Source: an uncultured virus (IMG/VR IMGVR_UViG_3300043568_000902) (Duplodnaviria; Heunggongvirae; Uroviricota; Caudoviricetes). Taken from it: a DNA stretch of 60,685 nt. The notes beneath the pieces are model-generated. The model did not search any database and was not told the DNA's origin. It worked only from the letters and a program-made list of their open reading frames with translations. Each line of letters opens with the position of its first letter. Within the stretch, counting starts at the first letter, position 1. Shown here piece after piece: positions 30,619 to 40,089 of this stretch. The DNA lies in the IMG/VR virus record IMGVR_UViG_3300043568_000902; one strand, written 5' to 3'. The position numbers and the translations under genes are program-made.

Positions 30619-30873
30619 TTACTCATCTTGACCTCCGTAAGTTTCGTTGTAGTATTCCTCATTACTTATTGAATATCCTTTAAACACAGCATCAATACCA
30701 TCTTGTCTTGCATCAATAATCTGCTCCTTCTCCATTTGCTTGGCTACCTCCTCTCTTTCACATAAACAATCAATTAGGTTAGCATTTTTCTCATCACCTG
30801 CTTTTCTCATAACTTCGGATAAAGCTCTAAATTCTTGAAATAATAGTGTTACCGCAGTTTGTTTCTTTTCCAT
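30619..30873 (-). CDS. MEKKQTAV-family small protein
   Basis: KQTAV..AKQMEKEQI..YYNETYG pattern repeated in paralogs. Confidence 0.75.
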   Translation of the reverse strand: MEKKQTAVTLLFQEFRALSEVMRKAGDEKNANLIDCLCEREEVAKQMEKEQIIDARQDGIDAVFKGYSISNEEYYNETYGGQDE

Positions 30874-30879
30874 AGTTAT

Positions 30880-31074
30880 TTAGTTTTTAGTTATGTCAGT
30901 CCATTCCCATCCTAAGAACATCTTCATCATTGCACGATGAAAGAAGTTAGGTTTTTTTGTAAAAGAGATACACACTCCACCATAACCTCCACCATAACCT
31001 CCTATGCAATACTTACCTACATATGGAGGATTTAATAGTGCCTTAACTGATGCTAATTGTTTTGTATTTTCCAT
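30880..31074 (-). CDS. Hypothetical protein
   Basis: 64 aa with the conserved leader. Confidence 0.6.
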   Translation of the reverse strand: MENTKQLASVKALLNPPYVGKYCIGGYGGGYGGVCISFTKKPNFFHRAMMKMFLGWEWTDITKN

Positions 31075-31076
31075 AG

Positions 31077-31289
31077 TTATAAATTTTTAGTTTTTCCGTA
31101 AGTTTCGTTGTAGTATTGTTCGGCATTTGTAGACTCACCATATATGCTATGACCTTCAATGTAAGAATCAAGTATCTGCTCCTTCTCCATTTGCTTGGCT
31201 TTTTTAATAGCACTAATTAAACCTCTCTCAGATAATCCAAGATTGATTTGCCATTCCAACCATTCAACTGCAGTTTGTTTCTTTTCCAT
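31077..31289 (-). CDS. MEKKQTAV-family small protein
   Basis: Paralog of 30619-30873 and 42203-42469. Confidence 0.75.
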   Translation of the reverse strand: MEKKQTAVEWLEWQINLGLSERGLISAIKKAKQMEKEQILDSYIEGHSIYGESTNAEQYYNETYGKTKNL

Positions 31290-31291
31290 AT

Positions 31292-31513
31292 TTATTTAGT
31301 TTTTAGGTTTTCTAACAATTCAGAAAATAAATCTGCAACATCTTGTCTACCTTGAAAAGTAGCGTCTATTAAATCTGCTAATTCTTCCTTACTATACATT
31401 TGTTTGGCTTGCCATTCAGCACCTTTTCTAGCACCGTCTTCCCATATCTCTTGGGTTCTACCTTCATCGTAGCCTTCTCTTTCTAAAAATTCTTCAAATG
31501 TTTCTTTTTCCAT
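31292..31513 (-). CDS. Hypothetical protein (GAEWQ motif)
   Basis: 73 aa; KET.EE..GAEWQAKQMYS.EE. Confidence 0.65.
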   Translation of the reverse strand: MEKETFEEFLEREGYDEGRTQEIWEDGARKGAEWQAKQMYSKEELADLIDATFQGRQDVADLFSELLENLKTK

Positions 31514-31518
31514 AGCTT

Positions 31519-31773
31519 TTAATCTTGGTTTAATTGTTTCATAAAACGTAACACCTCTTCATAGGGTGTGAAGATGAAGAATAGCTCTCCACTTTTTAGA
31601 TAGACAACACACATATCAGGGTTAATAATGTCAGCCTCATCTGCATTTTGCCTAACTGCTACTATCTCATCGTACTTTATACATACATCAGCAAGGCTTT
31701 TATCTTGCTGCTCCATAAAGTCATACTCCTTATCATGAAGGAGTTCTGTCTTAGTGATTAGTAATTTACTCAT
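31519..31773 (-). CDS. Hypothetical protein; paralog of 43248-43499
   Basis: INP.MC.VYL.SGE.F....PY.EV shared. Confidence 0.7.
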   Translation of the reverse strand: MSKLLITKTELLHDKEYDFMEQQDKSLADVCIKYDEIVAVRQNADEADIINPDMCVVYLKSGELFFIFTPYEEVLRFMKQLNQD

Positions 31774-31814
31774 AGTTTTTAGTTTTAATTATTAATGATC
31801 ATATGGATGCGCCA

Positions 31815-32174
31815 TTACTCTTTCCACTTAATATCTGTGAGGTCAACTGAACCATAAGCATCAGTAAGATTTCTTACATAACCATTGATATTTATAGTAG
31901 GAGGTTCCTCTTCAAAGTCAATGTCAATGGTTCCATAACCACCATCATTGTTATACCAGTCATACTGATAATGCTCCTCAAGTATATGATAAGCTAGGTC
32001 TTGCATATCCCCCTCATACATATCAGTAAGAACAGCTGTATCTAAATTTTCTCCATAAAAGTCTACATCTTCCACCTGGCCAGAGTCTCCTCCGCCATCA
32101 TATCTAATTTCTACATGTGTTACACCAGCATCTTTCAATGCTGCAAATAAGGTTGCTGTCTTTAAGCTTGCCAT
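31815..32174 (-). CDS. DUF6878-like acidic protein
   Basis: YDGGGDSGQ..DWYNNDGGYG motifs. Confidence 0.75.
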   Translation of the reverse strand: MASLKTATLFAALKDAGVTHVEIRYDGGGDSGQVEDVDFYGENLDTAVLTDMYEGDMQDLAYHILEEHYQYDWYNNDGGYGTIDIDFEEEPPTININGYVRNLTDAYGSVDLTDIKWKE

Positions 32175-32175
32175 A

Positions 32176-32592
32176 TTACTTTTGTTTATAAAACCTACCT
32201 AAGATATTAGCGTTTAACCAGATGTCTTTCTCTAGTACCTCACACATAAATTGGTATTTAACTTCTTGATAAGAGAGCTCTGTCTTAGAGTAGCATATCT
32301 TTAGGATAGTCCTTTTGATTTGTACTCCTGCCTTATGAGCTGCCTTAAGTTTTTCATTACTACTATAGTAATTTTGATATACAATTTTTCTTACACGCTT
32401 GTAGGACTTCAGGCGTTTGTCAGTGGGCATAGCCTTCTTAGAAAGCTTAGTCTTAACATCTGCAAAGAAGTTCTTCTTGCCAATGTAGGACTTGCGTTCA
32501 CCATCTAGTATAACATCCATCTGGTATACAAATCCTACAGCACCATCAGGAATCATGTCCTCGGTAAATTCTTTTAATCTATAAACCCACAT
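32176..32592 (-). CDS. GIY-YIG family nuclease
   Basis: GFVY..YIGKK..YYSS..R.IL..E...Q...VL...N.NI. Confidence 0.7.
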   Translation of the reverse strand: MWVYRLKEFTEDMIPDGAVGFVYQMDVILDGERKSYIGKKNFFADVKTKLSKKAMPTDKRLKSYKRVRKIVYQNYYSSNEKLKAAHKAGVQIKRTILKICYSKTELSYQEVKYQFMCEVLEKDIWLNANILGRFYKQK

Positions 32593-32851
32593 GCTTTCTA
32601 GCTATCTGCATTAGTAAATCATTTATATGACGGTGAGTCTCATCAGCATCATAACCTTTAATAATATCAAGCATTTTAACTATTACCTTATCTGCTTGAT
32701 CTGGTAAACAAAGCGGACTAATCTGATCAAGTAACTTCTCGTAATCATTATTATAATATGCAGGTATAGTTTCAGGTAACGAATCATGCATAATTCCATA
32801 TGTTGAATTCTGTAAAATTCTATGTGCTAATTTTAAATTCTCTTCTTCCAT
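32579..32851 (-). CDS. Hypothetical protein
   Basis: 90-aa ORF in operon. Confidence 0.6.
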   Translation of the reverse strand: MEEENLKLAHRILQNSTYGIMHDSLPETIPAYYNNDYEKLLDQISPLCLPDQADKVIVKMLDIIKGYDADETHRHINDLLMQIARKHVGL

Positions 32852-32855
32852 AATT

Positions 32856-33815
32856 TTATTTTTTTAATGCTTCTTTTAATAAGGGGAATAAACTTTCGTG
32901 TGCCCTATCTATACCATGATCTCTTACTGAGTCAGATATATCTTTAGACATAGGTAGTATAACGGATTCTATTCCATATAATCTTTTATACTTTTCACCA
33001 GATCTTACACCGGCTTCATCAAAATCAAATAAAGTACACAATGATTTATAACGATCTTTATACATTGCAATTGACCCACTAGGAATAATTGTATTCTCAC
33101 TATCTGGTGCAACATACTCAGCATTATACCCAAACTTGGATAGCGTCATGATATCTTTAAGAGAGCTTGCAATTATGAGATTTGGTTTATCAAATTTTAA
33201 CTGGTCAGTCCCCTGAATATAACTTCTTACTTTAAGAAACTTATTATCTTTAGATTTAGGTTGATATATTTTATATAGCTCGCCGTCACTTCTAAAATAA
33301 CCATAGATATATGCATGCTTAATGCTTATGTCTCTACAGTTTTCTTTTTCCATTGCATAAGAATTTAAAGGTCTTACGTCATAATGATTTAGAATATTAG
33401 AATCAATCTTAAATTGAGTCCAGTATGCAGCATCAAGATTTGTCCAACCTCTTTCTTCATAGCTTGTAACTTCATATCTACCTTCAGATTTTATATATCT
33501 ATCATCATCATTGTCAAGCATGAATTTGTTGTATTCATCTAGCATAATTGCTACAGCTTTATCACTGTCACACTTATGCATAAGCTTAATAAATTCTATA
33601 TGATTACCACCGTTATCGGTAGAAAAATCTTTGAAATAATATCTGTTACCCCTTACGTATATGCAAAAGCTAGGGTTCTTTTCACCTGGGTTAAACGGTG
33701 AAGTTATTTTTATATCCTGACCAACAAGTTTAGCATCTAACTTGCAATAATGTTCAAACACCCAATAGCTTGGGATATCATTAGCACTAAGTGCCTGTAG
33801 TTTTGTACTAATCAT
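32856..33815 (-). CDS. DnaG-like (TOPRIM) primase, crAss type
   Basis: SPF..EKNPSF..FKDFS degenerate Zn-ribbon, YKIYQP, SLKD, FDFDEAG, KDISD. Likely start MISTK at 33815. Confidence 0.8.
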   Translation of the reverse strand: MISTKLQALSANDIPSYWVFEHYCKLDAKLVGQDIKITSPFNPGEKNPSFCIYVRGNRYYFKDFSTDNGGNHIEFIKLMHKCDSDKAVAIMLDEYNKFMLDNDDDRYIKSEGRYEVTSYEERGWTNLDAAYWTQFKIDSNILNHYDVRPLNSYAMEKENCRDISIKHAYIYGYFRSDGELYKIYQPKSKDNKFLKVRSYIQGTDQLKFDKPNLIIASSLKDIMTLSKFGYNAEYVAPDSENTIIPSGSIAMYKDRYKSLCTLFDFDEAGVRSGEKYKRLYGIESVILPMSKDISDSVRDHGIDRAHESLFPLLKEALKK

Positions 33816-33829
33816 GTCATAAGTTTTAG

Positions 33830-33858
33830 AATAAAAAGGGGAGCATGACGCTCCCCTC
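33830..33858 (-). terminator. Intrinsic terminator
   Basis: GGGGAGC stem on - strand followed by a T-tract. Confidence 0.55.
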
Positions 33859-33875
33859 CTTGTATTCAATTAAAA

Positions 33876-34568
33876 TTAAAGTTCAAAATCACCACTTGAC
33901 TTTGGTGCAGCTGGTGCATCATCGCCAAATGAAGTCACGCTTTCCACTTTACGTTTCTTAACGTGAATTTGCTCATCAAAAGCAATAACTTTAGTGTTAT
34001 TTTCTTCTACCTCAATAGTCTCAAATGGAACTTGTCCACGATTATATTTAGGTAAATACAGATCATAGTTAGTGTAACCTTCTCTGTTTACATACTCTTT
34101 ACCTGCAATACAAACTCGAATAATTTTACCTGCAAAAGGCTTATCATTATTCAAAGCTTCAAACAAAGACTCAATAGTCTCGTGTTTGTTATCTTGCTCA
34201 GCAAACCATCCTAAGCTATGAGTTTCTTTACAAAATGTTTGTAAGAAGCGCAACAACTCTTTATCGCGGCTAACTTGAACACCACTCTTAGTTGTACCAT
34301 CAGCATAAGGATACTCAGCTGCACGAATGCGACCTACTTGACCTTTGTGACGTCCCAAAGACTCATTGTCTTTGTTAATCCAGAAGCCATCAAAGCCTTC
34401 GCCCATGTCTGGACCTTCTACGTTAAGAATAATATCATAACCACCTTCTTTAAAGCGAGCTGGTTCTAACTTAATATTCAACACTGTGCAATCTGTGTTA
34501 CCTGGTTGAATTACTTTAGGCACACTGGATCCACCAGTAGTACCTACTACATCTTTTGTACTTATCAT
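33876..34568 (-). CDS. Putative single-stranded DNA-binding protein
   Basis: Beta-rich, acidic/aromatic C-terminus (..SGDFEL); lies between the Sak4-like ATPase and primase. Confidence 0.55.
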   Translation of the reverse strand: MISTKDVVGTTGGSSVPKVIQPGNTDCTVLNIKLEPARFKEGGYDIILNVEGPDMGEGFDGFWINKDNESLGRHKGQVGRIRAAEYPYADGTTKSGVQVSRDKELLRFLQTFCKETHSLGWFAEQDNKHETIESLFEALNNDKPFAGKIIRVCIAGKEYVNREGYTNYDLYLPKYNRGQVPFETIEVEENNTKVIAFDEQIHVKKRKVESVTSFGDDAPAAPKSSGDFEL

Positions 34569-34580
34569 TTTTACTTAGGG

Positions 34581-35324
34581 TTAATCAATATAAATTTTAC
34601 TCCAATCTACTATTATCTTATTGTCTTCTGTTAATTCAGATACGACAAACTCTTGATTACGCAAATGCTCAGGTCTTGCACCGCATGCAATCTCATCAGA
34701 AGTTTTAAAACTTAAGACGTTAGTTTTGCCTTTGCGATATAAGTAACCTATTGCGTCAGAGTTAGAGCAAGAGATTCTCTTTAACTTACCGGTTAAGTCC
34801 AAGTCTAAAGAGTTAAACTCGGAACCGTTTTTCTCAAGCATTGTGTCTTTCACGTGTCCTACCAATATGGTTCTAGGAGCCCAGGTTTTGATATAATCAA
34901 CTACCTTTGTGAAAGCCTCTCTGAGATATGGGTAACCAGCACCATTAGGTAAACTAAGTATAGTACCGTATTGTGCTTTTGCAGAACCAAACCAGTTCTT
35001 ACCCATAGGGGTTCTAGAATAAAGTTCCTCGGCATAAGGAATACACATTTCTTCTAATGCTGTAATAGTATCTACAGCAACATATTGATAGGGATTATCA
35101 GCATCTTTAATAGCTTTACCAATATGCTTGATTTCTTCAACAGAAGTTGCTTTAATCTTAAGGGCGTCAATATAATCAGCACCACTTTCTAAATCTAGAA
35201 TAAGGCAATTCTCTAAGTTAGCAAACAAGGTTGTTTTACCAGTCTTAGGCTTTGAAAAGATAATCAAGTTACTAGGGCTCTGTGATGTAGCCTTAACTTT
35301 TTCTAGGGGCAATTTAATTTCCAT
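34581..35324 (-). CDS. AAA_24 / Sak4-like ATPase
   Basis: SKPKTGKTT, LDLE.G, VDTIT, GH. Confidence 0.8.
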   Translation of the reverse strand: MEIKLPLEKVKATSQSPSNLIIFSKPKTGKTTLFANLENCLILDLESGADYIDALKIKATSVEEIKHIGKAIKDADNPYQYVAVDTITALEEMCIPYAEELYSRTPMGKNWFGSAKAQYGTILSLPNGAGYPYLREAFTKVVDYIKTWAPRTILVGHVKDTMLEKNGSEFNSLDLDLTGKLKRISCSNSDAIGYLYRKGKTNVLSFKTSDEIACGARPEHLRNQEFVVSELTEDNKIIVDWSKIYID

Positions 35325-35325
35325 G

Positions 35326-35886
35326 TTATTTTACTAAATCATTCAACCATTTCTTATTACTTACAGGCTTCTTTAATAGTAATGCAGCCAAATCACGAAT
35401 TGTTAATTGGTCAAAAGGTGCATCGGTATTAGGATCTAAAATCTCATCAAAATCCATAGTTAATGGAGTTGCAGGAGATTTACCTTTAGTAGAAATAGTT
35501 TTCTTATCCTCTTTACCAGGAATGTTAACTTTAACTAATTCAGCAGCTGGAATCAAATATCTTACTTGACCATTAGCCATAGGCTCGGTAGTATCATATT
35601 CTTCTAACCAGTGTGGATTATAACGCCAAACATATAAAGTACGATTAATATCTTCAGGATCTTTTGCCTGGCTTACAGCTTCGGTGTAAACATCTTGTTC
35701 TTTGCGAAGCTCGCCAACAAACATGCTGAAGTGCATCTCGTCTTTACCTTGTGGGCGATAAATTAACTTAGGGATGTAAAGGGCATCCGGTATACCTAGG
35801 GCATCAAAGCTTGGCTGATGATACTGTCTAAGATCTTGGAGCTTATCCTTCACATTGTCTGCTTTTTGTGTTGTGCTTATTGACAT
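35326..35886 (-). CDS. Hypothetical protein
   Basis: 186 aa; C-terminal TIRD.AA....PVS.K.WLN. Confidence 0.7.
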   Translation of the reverse strand: MSISTTQKADNVKDKLQDLRQYHQPSFDALGIPDALYIPKLIYRPQGKDEMHFSMFVGELRKEQDVYTEAVSQAKDPEDINRTLYVWRYNPHWLEEYDTTEPMANGQVRYLIPAAELVKVNIPGKEDKKTISTKGKSPATPLTMDFDEILDPNTDAPFDQLTIRDLAALLLKKPVSNKKWLNDLVK

Positions 35887-35891
35887 GTTAC

Positions 35892-36890
35892 TTAGAATTT
35901 AATTTTTCTTTCTTGTTGTGGTGGGGTTTCGGTTTCAACAATCCTCATTTTCTCAAACTCGGCCTTAAAGAAACTCATTCTAGCATCGCCATTACGGCAC
36001 TTGATAAAATGCATTACAAGAACCTTATCATCCTCAATAATAAATTTATCGGGGCCATATAAGCGTATCTTTTGTTTCCCAGGTCTGTTAATACCTACTA
36101 GTGTGTCGGCATGTTGCAATAAAGCGTCAGCTCCAAATAGGTCAGACTCTAGTATGTAGTTACCATACTTACCGTCTTCACTACGCTCAGGATTATCGAT
36201 ACTCCTATTAAGCTGACTTAAGATAATAAACGCTATTGGATACTTACGTTTAAGTTCCGTTAGCGCCTCACCTAAATTATATAACGTGTCGTATTTATCT
36301 TTCTCAAAAGGTGCCTTTTTGAGCAAGAGTGAGTGGTCCAATGTTATAATTGTCTTTGTAAATGTGGTATTACCATCCTCATCAGATTCAGCATAATACT
36401 CCATGTAGTCCTTAATGATTTCTTTGAACTCATTAACTGTACAAGGGTCTTCTACGATATCTATAGGATACTGTACCCTTTCCTTAGCATAATTATAACA
36501 AATCTCAAGATCTTCATCGGTAAGTTTCCCTGATGCACTACATAAGTACTTATAGGGTTTACCAAGTACACTGGAGTATTCACGGATAGCTGAGGTGCGA
36601 GCTATCATCTCAAACTGAAATTCCAGTACTCTAAAGTTTTCACCTTTATTCAAGATAAAAGCTTCACGTACAATCTGATCTTTAATAAGAGTTTTCCCGC
36701 TTGCTGGTCTTCCACCAATAACCGTCATTGAGTTCCACTCTAAACCACTTGTTGTTGCGTCATTGAATTTATCCCAGGGTGTCTTTAAGCTTTTGATTTG
36801 GCCTTGTTGACGTCCCTTCATATACTTCAAAGAGTCAAGAAATCCTTCCCGCTGGCTATTCCAGCTTGTATTTTTTTTCTTTGTTGTCAT
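35892..36890 (-). CDS. dnaB: DnaB-like replicative helicase (C-terminal domain only)
   Basis: GGRPASGKT, FEM, LDH, LSQLNR, D....QHAD, KCRNG. Confidence 0.88.
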   Translation of the reverse strand: MTTKKKNTSWNSQREGFLDSLKYMKGRQQGQIKSLKTPWDKFNDATTSGLEWNSMTVIGGRPASGKTLIKDQIVREAFILNKGENFRVLEFQFEMIARTSAIREYSSVLGKPYKYLCSASGKLTDEDLEICYNYAKERVQYPIDIVEDPCTVNEFKEIIKDYMEYYAESDEDGNTTFTKTIITLDHSLLLKKAPFEKDKYDTLYNLGEALTELKRKYPIAFIILSQLNRSIDNPERSEDGKYGNYILESDLFGADALLQHADTLVGINRPGKQKIRLYGPDKFIIEDDKVLVMHFIKCRNGDARMSFFKAEFEKMRIVETETPPQQERKIKF

Positions 36891-36915
36891 TGTTTAAGGA
36901 TAAAAAACCCCGTAC

Positions 36916-37119
36916 TTACTCAGCACGAGGTAAATGTAATTTTTGCATTACGAATGTATAAAAATAATTAAGCAAAAGCAAGAGTATCTCTATAAAAAAA
37001 TACTGCCATAGCGCTATTTCTATGATTAATGCATTGGTTATAAACCAAGTAAGAATTGAAAAAAAGATACTAACAATTAGTGCTAGTAATTTTTCTTTTG
37101 TAAAAAAATTTATAATCAT
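36916..37119 (-). CDS. Small 2-TM membrane protein
   Basis: 67 aa hydrophobic. Confidence 0.5.
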   Translation of the reverse strand: MIINFFTKEKLLALIVSIFFSILTWFITNALIIEIALWQYFFIEILLLLLNYFYTFVMQKLHLPRAE

Positions 37120-37676
37120 ACTACGTTATCTCTAAAGTGTGGAGTCTCTGGTTCGTCATCTCCGTTAATAATTATATCACAGTAGTTAGCAAGCTCAGAA
37201 TCCCAGGACTTGTCCGTGTTCTGCTTGCGTATAAAATACTGCGAGTTCTTCATATACATGTAATTAGTCTTTTCATACGTTTCTACATAATACAATGTAG
37301 CTCGTAGTATAGTATCCCAATCATACGTATAATTTTTTAGAAACCATTTGAAAGCATCATCAATATTTTTCTTGTTTACTCTAGCAGGTTTACCACTAGG
37401 CAACTTGCCTTTAGGAAATATACTAATAAACTTATCAATATTATCAGATGCATCTTGTGGCAAAGCACCTACAACTTTAGAGTTAAATCTTACAATTTCT
37501 AAACCTTTAGAAGTTAGTTTGCCTTCTTCATCAATATAACCTTGTTGAGCAATAGTTCTCATCTCCAAGGGTACTTTAATGTTTTGAGGTGCAGTACCAT
37601 TATAAATGGACCACAATAAATAATAACAATTAGGCGACATGCCTTTAATTATTAAAAAATCAAATAGCTCTTTCAT
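37116..37676 (-). CDS. Putative replication protein (wHTH-like)
   Basis: Adjacent to dnaB; F..IFP..YM.N..YFI.K pattern. Confidence 0.5.
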   Translation of the reverse strand: MKELFDFLIIKGMSPNCYYLLWSIYNGTAPQNIKVPLEMRTIAQQGYIDEEGKLTSKGLEIVRFNSKVVGALPQDASDNIDKFISIFPKGKLPSGKPARVNKKNIDDAFKWFLKNYTYDWDTILRATLYYVETYEKTNYMYMKNSQYFIRKQNTDKSWDSELANYCDIIINGDDEPETPHFRDNVV

Positions 37677-38194
37677 AGGTTATCAATAGGCTCTAAAGAT
37701 ACAAATGTTTTTGTGTAATTTCTTTCTTGCATCTTAGCCATTAGATTACTCCATATGGGTAATACAGCTTTGTCCTTGATTTCTAATGCATTACGAGTTT
37801 TCTTTACACCATGTAACATAGTAGCATGATGAGTAACTTTCTCTCCATGATTCTGATTAAGAACTCTTACCATGTGAGAATAACTTAAACCAAGTTCGGT
37901 ACCTATTAGATAACAACACTGTCTTATAATAATGACTTGTTGTTTACGAACTTTCATATTACTAGTAAAAGGTTTATCATCAGGATAAAGTTCTTCAGCT
38001 AAATCAACTACAACATTGAAGTTATCTATACCAGGGATAATAGCATGCGAGTCACCAATGTATTTGTCATACTTATTTAAATCCTGTTGTATACTAGTAA
38101 AAAACTTAGAGATAACTAAATTCAAATCATAATTGAGCTGGGCCAAATCTTGCCTGATATTGCTCCTCAGCTTCATAACGTCTTTCTCTGCCAT
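37673..38194 (-). CDS. Protein with DnaA domain IV-like HTH
   Basis: R......RQ...L.....GLSY..M...L....HHATMLHGVKK resembles the DnaA C-terminal DHTTV.HA. Confidence 0.55.
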   Translation of the reverse strand: MAEKDVMKLRSNIRQDLAQLNYDLNLVISKFFTSIQQDLNKYDKYIGDSHAIIPGIDNFNVVVDLAEELYPDDKPFTSNMKVRKQQVIIIRQCCYLIGTELGLSYSHMVRVLNQNHGEKVTHHATMLHGVKKTRNALEIKDKAVLPIWSNLMAKMQERNYTKTFVSLEPIDNL

Positions 38195-38432
38195 ATTTTA
38201 CATAATCTATTGGTTCTAAATGATAAAACTTACCAGTGTTTGTACACTTGGCCATATCTTCTGCAATATATTTAGCTCTTTCAAGCTCAATACCATGTTC
38301 AGATAATGCATCAAATAGACACTTGTTTTTAATATTTGTTTCTTCTATTTCAAATTGTACCTCACCAAATTTTGGATCAAGCACAATTTTAATTTTAATT
38401 CTACCAGGATATGGGTTTTTCTCCTTTTTCAT
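38127..38432 (-). CDS. Hypothetical protein
   Basis: 101-aa ORF overlapping neighbours. Confidence 0.5.
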   Translation of the reverse strand: MKKEKNPYPGRIKIKIVLDPKFGEVQFEIEETNIKNKCLFDALSEHGIELERAKYIAEDMAKCTNTGKFYHLEPIDYVKYGRERRYEAEEQYQARFGPAQL

Positions 38433-39102
38433 CTAAGTAGTTGTTTATTTTATTCCACATGTCATTGCAATCCCATTTACTGCCGCTATATGCAGCACTC
38501 GCAGGATGTGATACCATAATCTTATGATTAGTATCTGGTACCATGTCAGCAAACTCCTGTGCTTTCTTACCTAAGAATACATAAACTAGATCATCTTTAT
38601 AATGAGTTAGTATATCTAGGAAGTATGCGAAGAACGGCTGCCACATTTCCTGGTGCGTTCCTGGTTTACCAATAGTAGTTGTTAATGCTGAGTTTAACAT
38701 GAGTACGCCTTGTTCTGCCCAAGGGGACAAATCAGGACTTCCTACATATTCCACATCAACAGTTTCCTTAATAGAGTTATGCATATACTGTAATGATTTC
38801 TCAATCTTACCTGTATTGCTACAACTAAAAGCAATACCATCTGCAACACCTAATTGCGGATAAGGATCTTGTCCAATAATGATTACTTTAACATTATCTA
38901 ACGGACATTTTTCTAAAGCGGTGAATAGACTTTTAACAGGGGGAGTAAAGCGTTTACCTTGCTCAACCTCTTTCACTAATTTTGTTAAGATATCATCCAT
39001 ATCAGATGATAACAAAAAAGTGCGAAGCTTATTCCACCCTTTATCCTTCACCTTGTCATAAAGTTTCTGGTTAATTTCTTGGATATTAATTTCTTGGGTC
39101 AT
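38401..39102 (-). CDS. ung: Uracil-DNA glycosylase (family 1)
   Basis: GQDPYP, GIAFS, W..QGVLMLN.ALT, HP motifs. Confidence 0.93.
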   Translation of the reverse strand: MTQEINIQEINQKLYDKVKDKGWNKLRTFLLSSDMDDILTKLVKEVEQGKRFTPPVKSLFTALEKCPLDNVKVIIIGQDPYPQLGVADGIAFSCSNTGKIEKSLQYMHNSIKETVDVEYVGSPDLSPWAEQGVLMLNSALTTTIGKPGTHQEMWQPFFAYFLDILTHYKDDLVYVFLGKKAQEFADMVPDTNHKIMVSHPASAAYSGSKWDCNDMWNKINNYLDEKGEKPISW

Positions 39103-39109
39103 AAGTTTG
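39102..39109 (+). promoter_or_regulatory. Bacteroidota-type -7 promoter box TAAGTTTG
   Basis: TAnnTTTG 14 nt upstream of the lone + strand gene starting at 39124. Confidence 0.5.
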
Positions 39110-39123
39110 TAAAAATTAATGCA

Positions 39124-39429
39124 ATGGAAGAGCCTAAAAAAATAGTTGATTTAGATGCTATCCCAAGTGATAAAGTGGTAAACATTGAAATGCCAACAGT
39201 CATGTATTTAAGGCTAAATAGACTTATACACGGCATATTGGCAAATAAATCTCCACAAGAAGTTACCAATGCTTTAAAAGAAGTAGGAGAAGGTAAACAA
39301 GAAACTGATGAACAGTTTAACTTGTATACCTTACTCTACATCCAAATTTTAATTGAAGAAGAATCAGCCAAACAAGGCTATAACTTCAAAGTTAAGTTTG
39401 ATACTGAAAAGCAAACTTGGGTGGATTAG
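39124..39429 (+). CDS. Hypothetical protein (opposite orientation)
   Basis: Fills the gap between - strand genes; start MEEPKK at 39124 after a TAnnTTTG box. Confidence 0.7.
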   Translation: MEEPKKIVDLDAIPSDKVVNIEMPTVMYLRLNRLIHGILANKSPQEVTNALKEVGEGKQETDEQFNLYTLLYIQILIEEESAKQGYNFKVKFDTEKQTWVD

Positions 39430-39800
39430 TATAAACTAAAACCAACTAATTCTCCTATCTCAATACTAGCTTGAATAGCCATACTTAATTCTTCTTTGCT
39501 GCAATCAGCAAAAGATCTACAATCTGAATCGCTACATAAACCAGCTCTTAACTTAACTTGAAGTTTCATGTCTTCAAATGAGTCGCCGGTATAGTTAGCA
39601 AGTTCTCTAATATGTTTATGCACTTTACTTACTTGAGCATAGCTGGCATCATCAGTTTGTACCTCATAGGTAATAATAACTGTTTCACCTTCTTGCAATC
39701 CTTTAACAAATAAGCCTAGTTTAGCAGATCCTAACGGATCTATCTCTAGATTCTTATTTACTACTTTTGCGCGTATACTTACGGGTAGTTGGTTTGCCAT
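39426..39800 (-). CDS. NinB/YbcN-like protein
   Basis: Q...H..IRELA..TG..F...K...K.....S...CSK.E pattern. Confidence 0.5.
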   Translation of the reverse strand: MANQLPVSIRAKVVNKNLEIDPLGSAKLGLFVKGLQEGETVIITYEVQTDDASYAQVSKVHKHIRELANYTGDSFEDMKLQVKLRAGLCSDSDCRSFADCSKEELSMAIQASIEIGELVGFSLY

Positions 39801-40089
39801 TTACTTTAGGTTTATTAGTACTTCCTTTAGGTCTTCCAGGTTTCTTCTTAACAACAGTTGCTTCTTTCTTAACTGGAGGAATAGGTTTTAAATGTTTCTC
39901 AAACTTTAACTTGTGTATTTCAACAATACATTCGGTATAAGTATCTACTAAGTCATTATATCTATTCTCTAGAAAATCTAATTCATCTCTAAAATTCTTA
40001 ATTTGCTTATTTCTAATAAGCAATCCTGCACAGATACCGCCTACTAGACCAGAACCTGTTAATACACAAACATCAATTAGTGTTACCAT
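39754..40089 (-). CDS. Membrane-anchored protein with AT-hook-like GRPKGS
   Basis: N-terminal TM, coiled coil, KKPGRPKGS. Confidence 0.6.
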   Translation of the reverse strand: MVTLIDVCVLTGSGLVGGICAGLLIRNKQIKNFRDELDFLENRYNDLVDTYTECIVEIHKLKFEKHLKPIPPVKKEATVVKKKPGRPKGSTNKPKVNGKPTTRKYTRKSSK

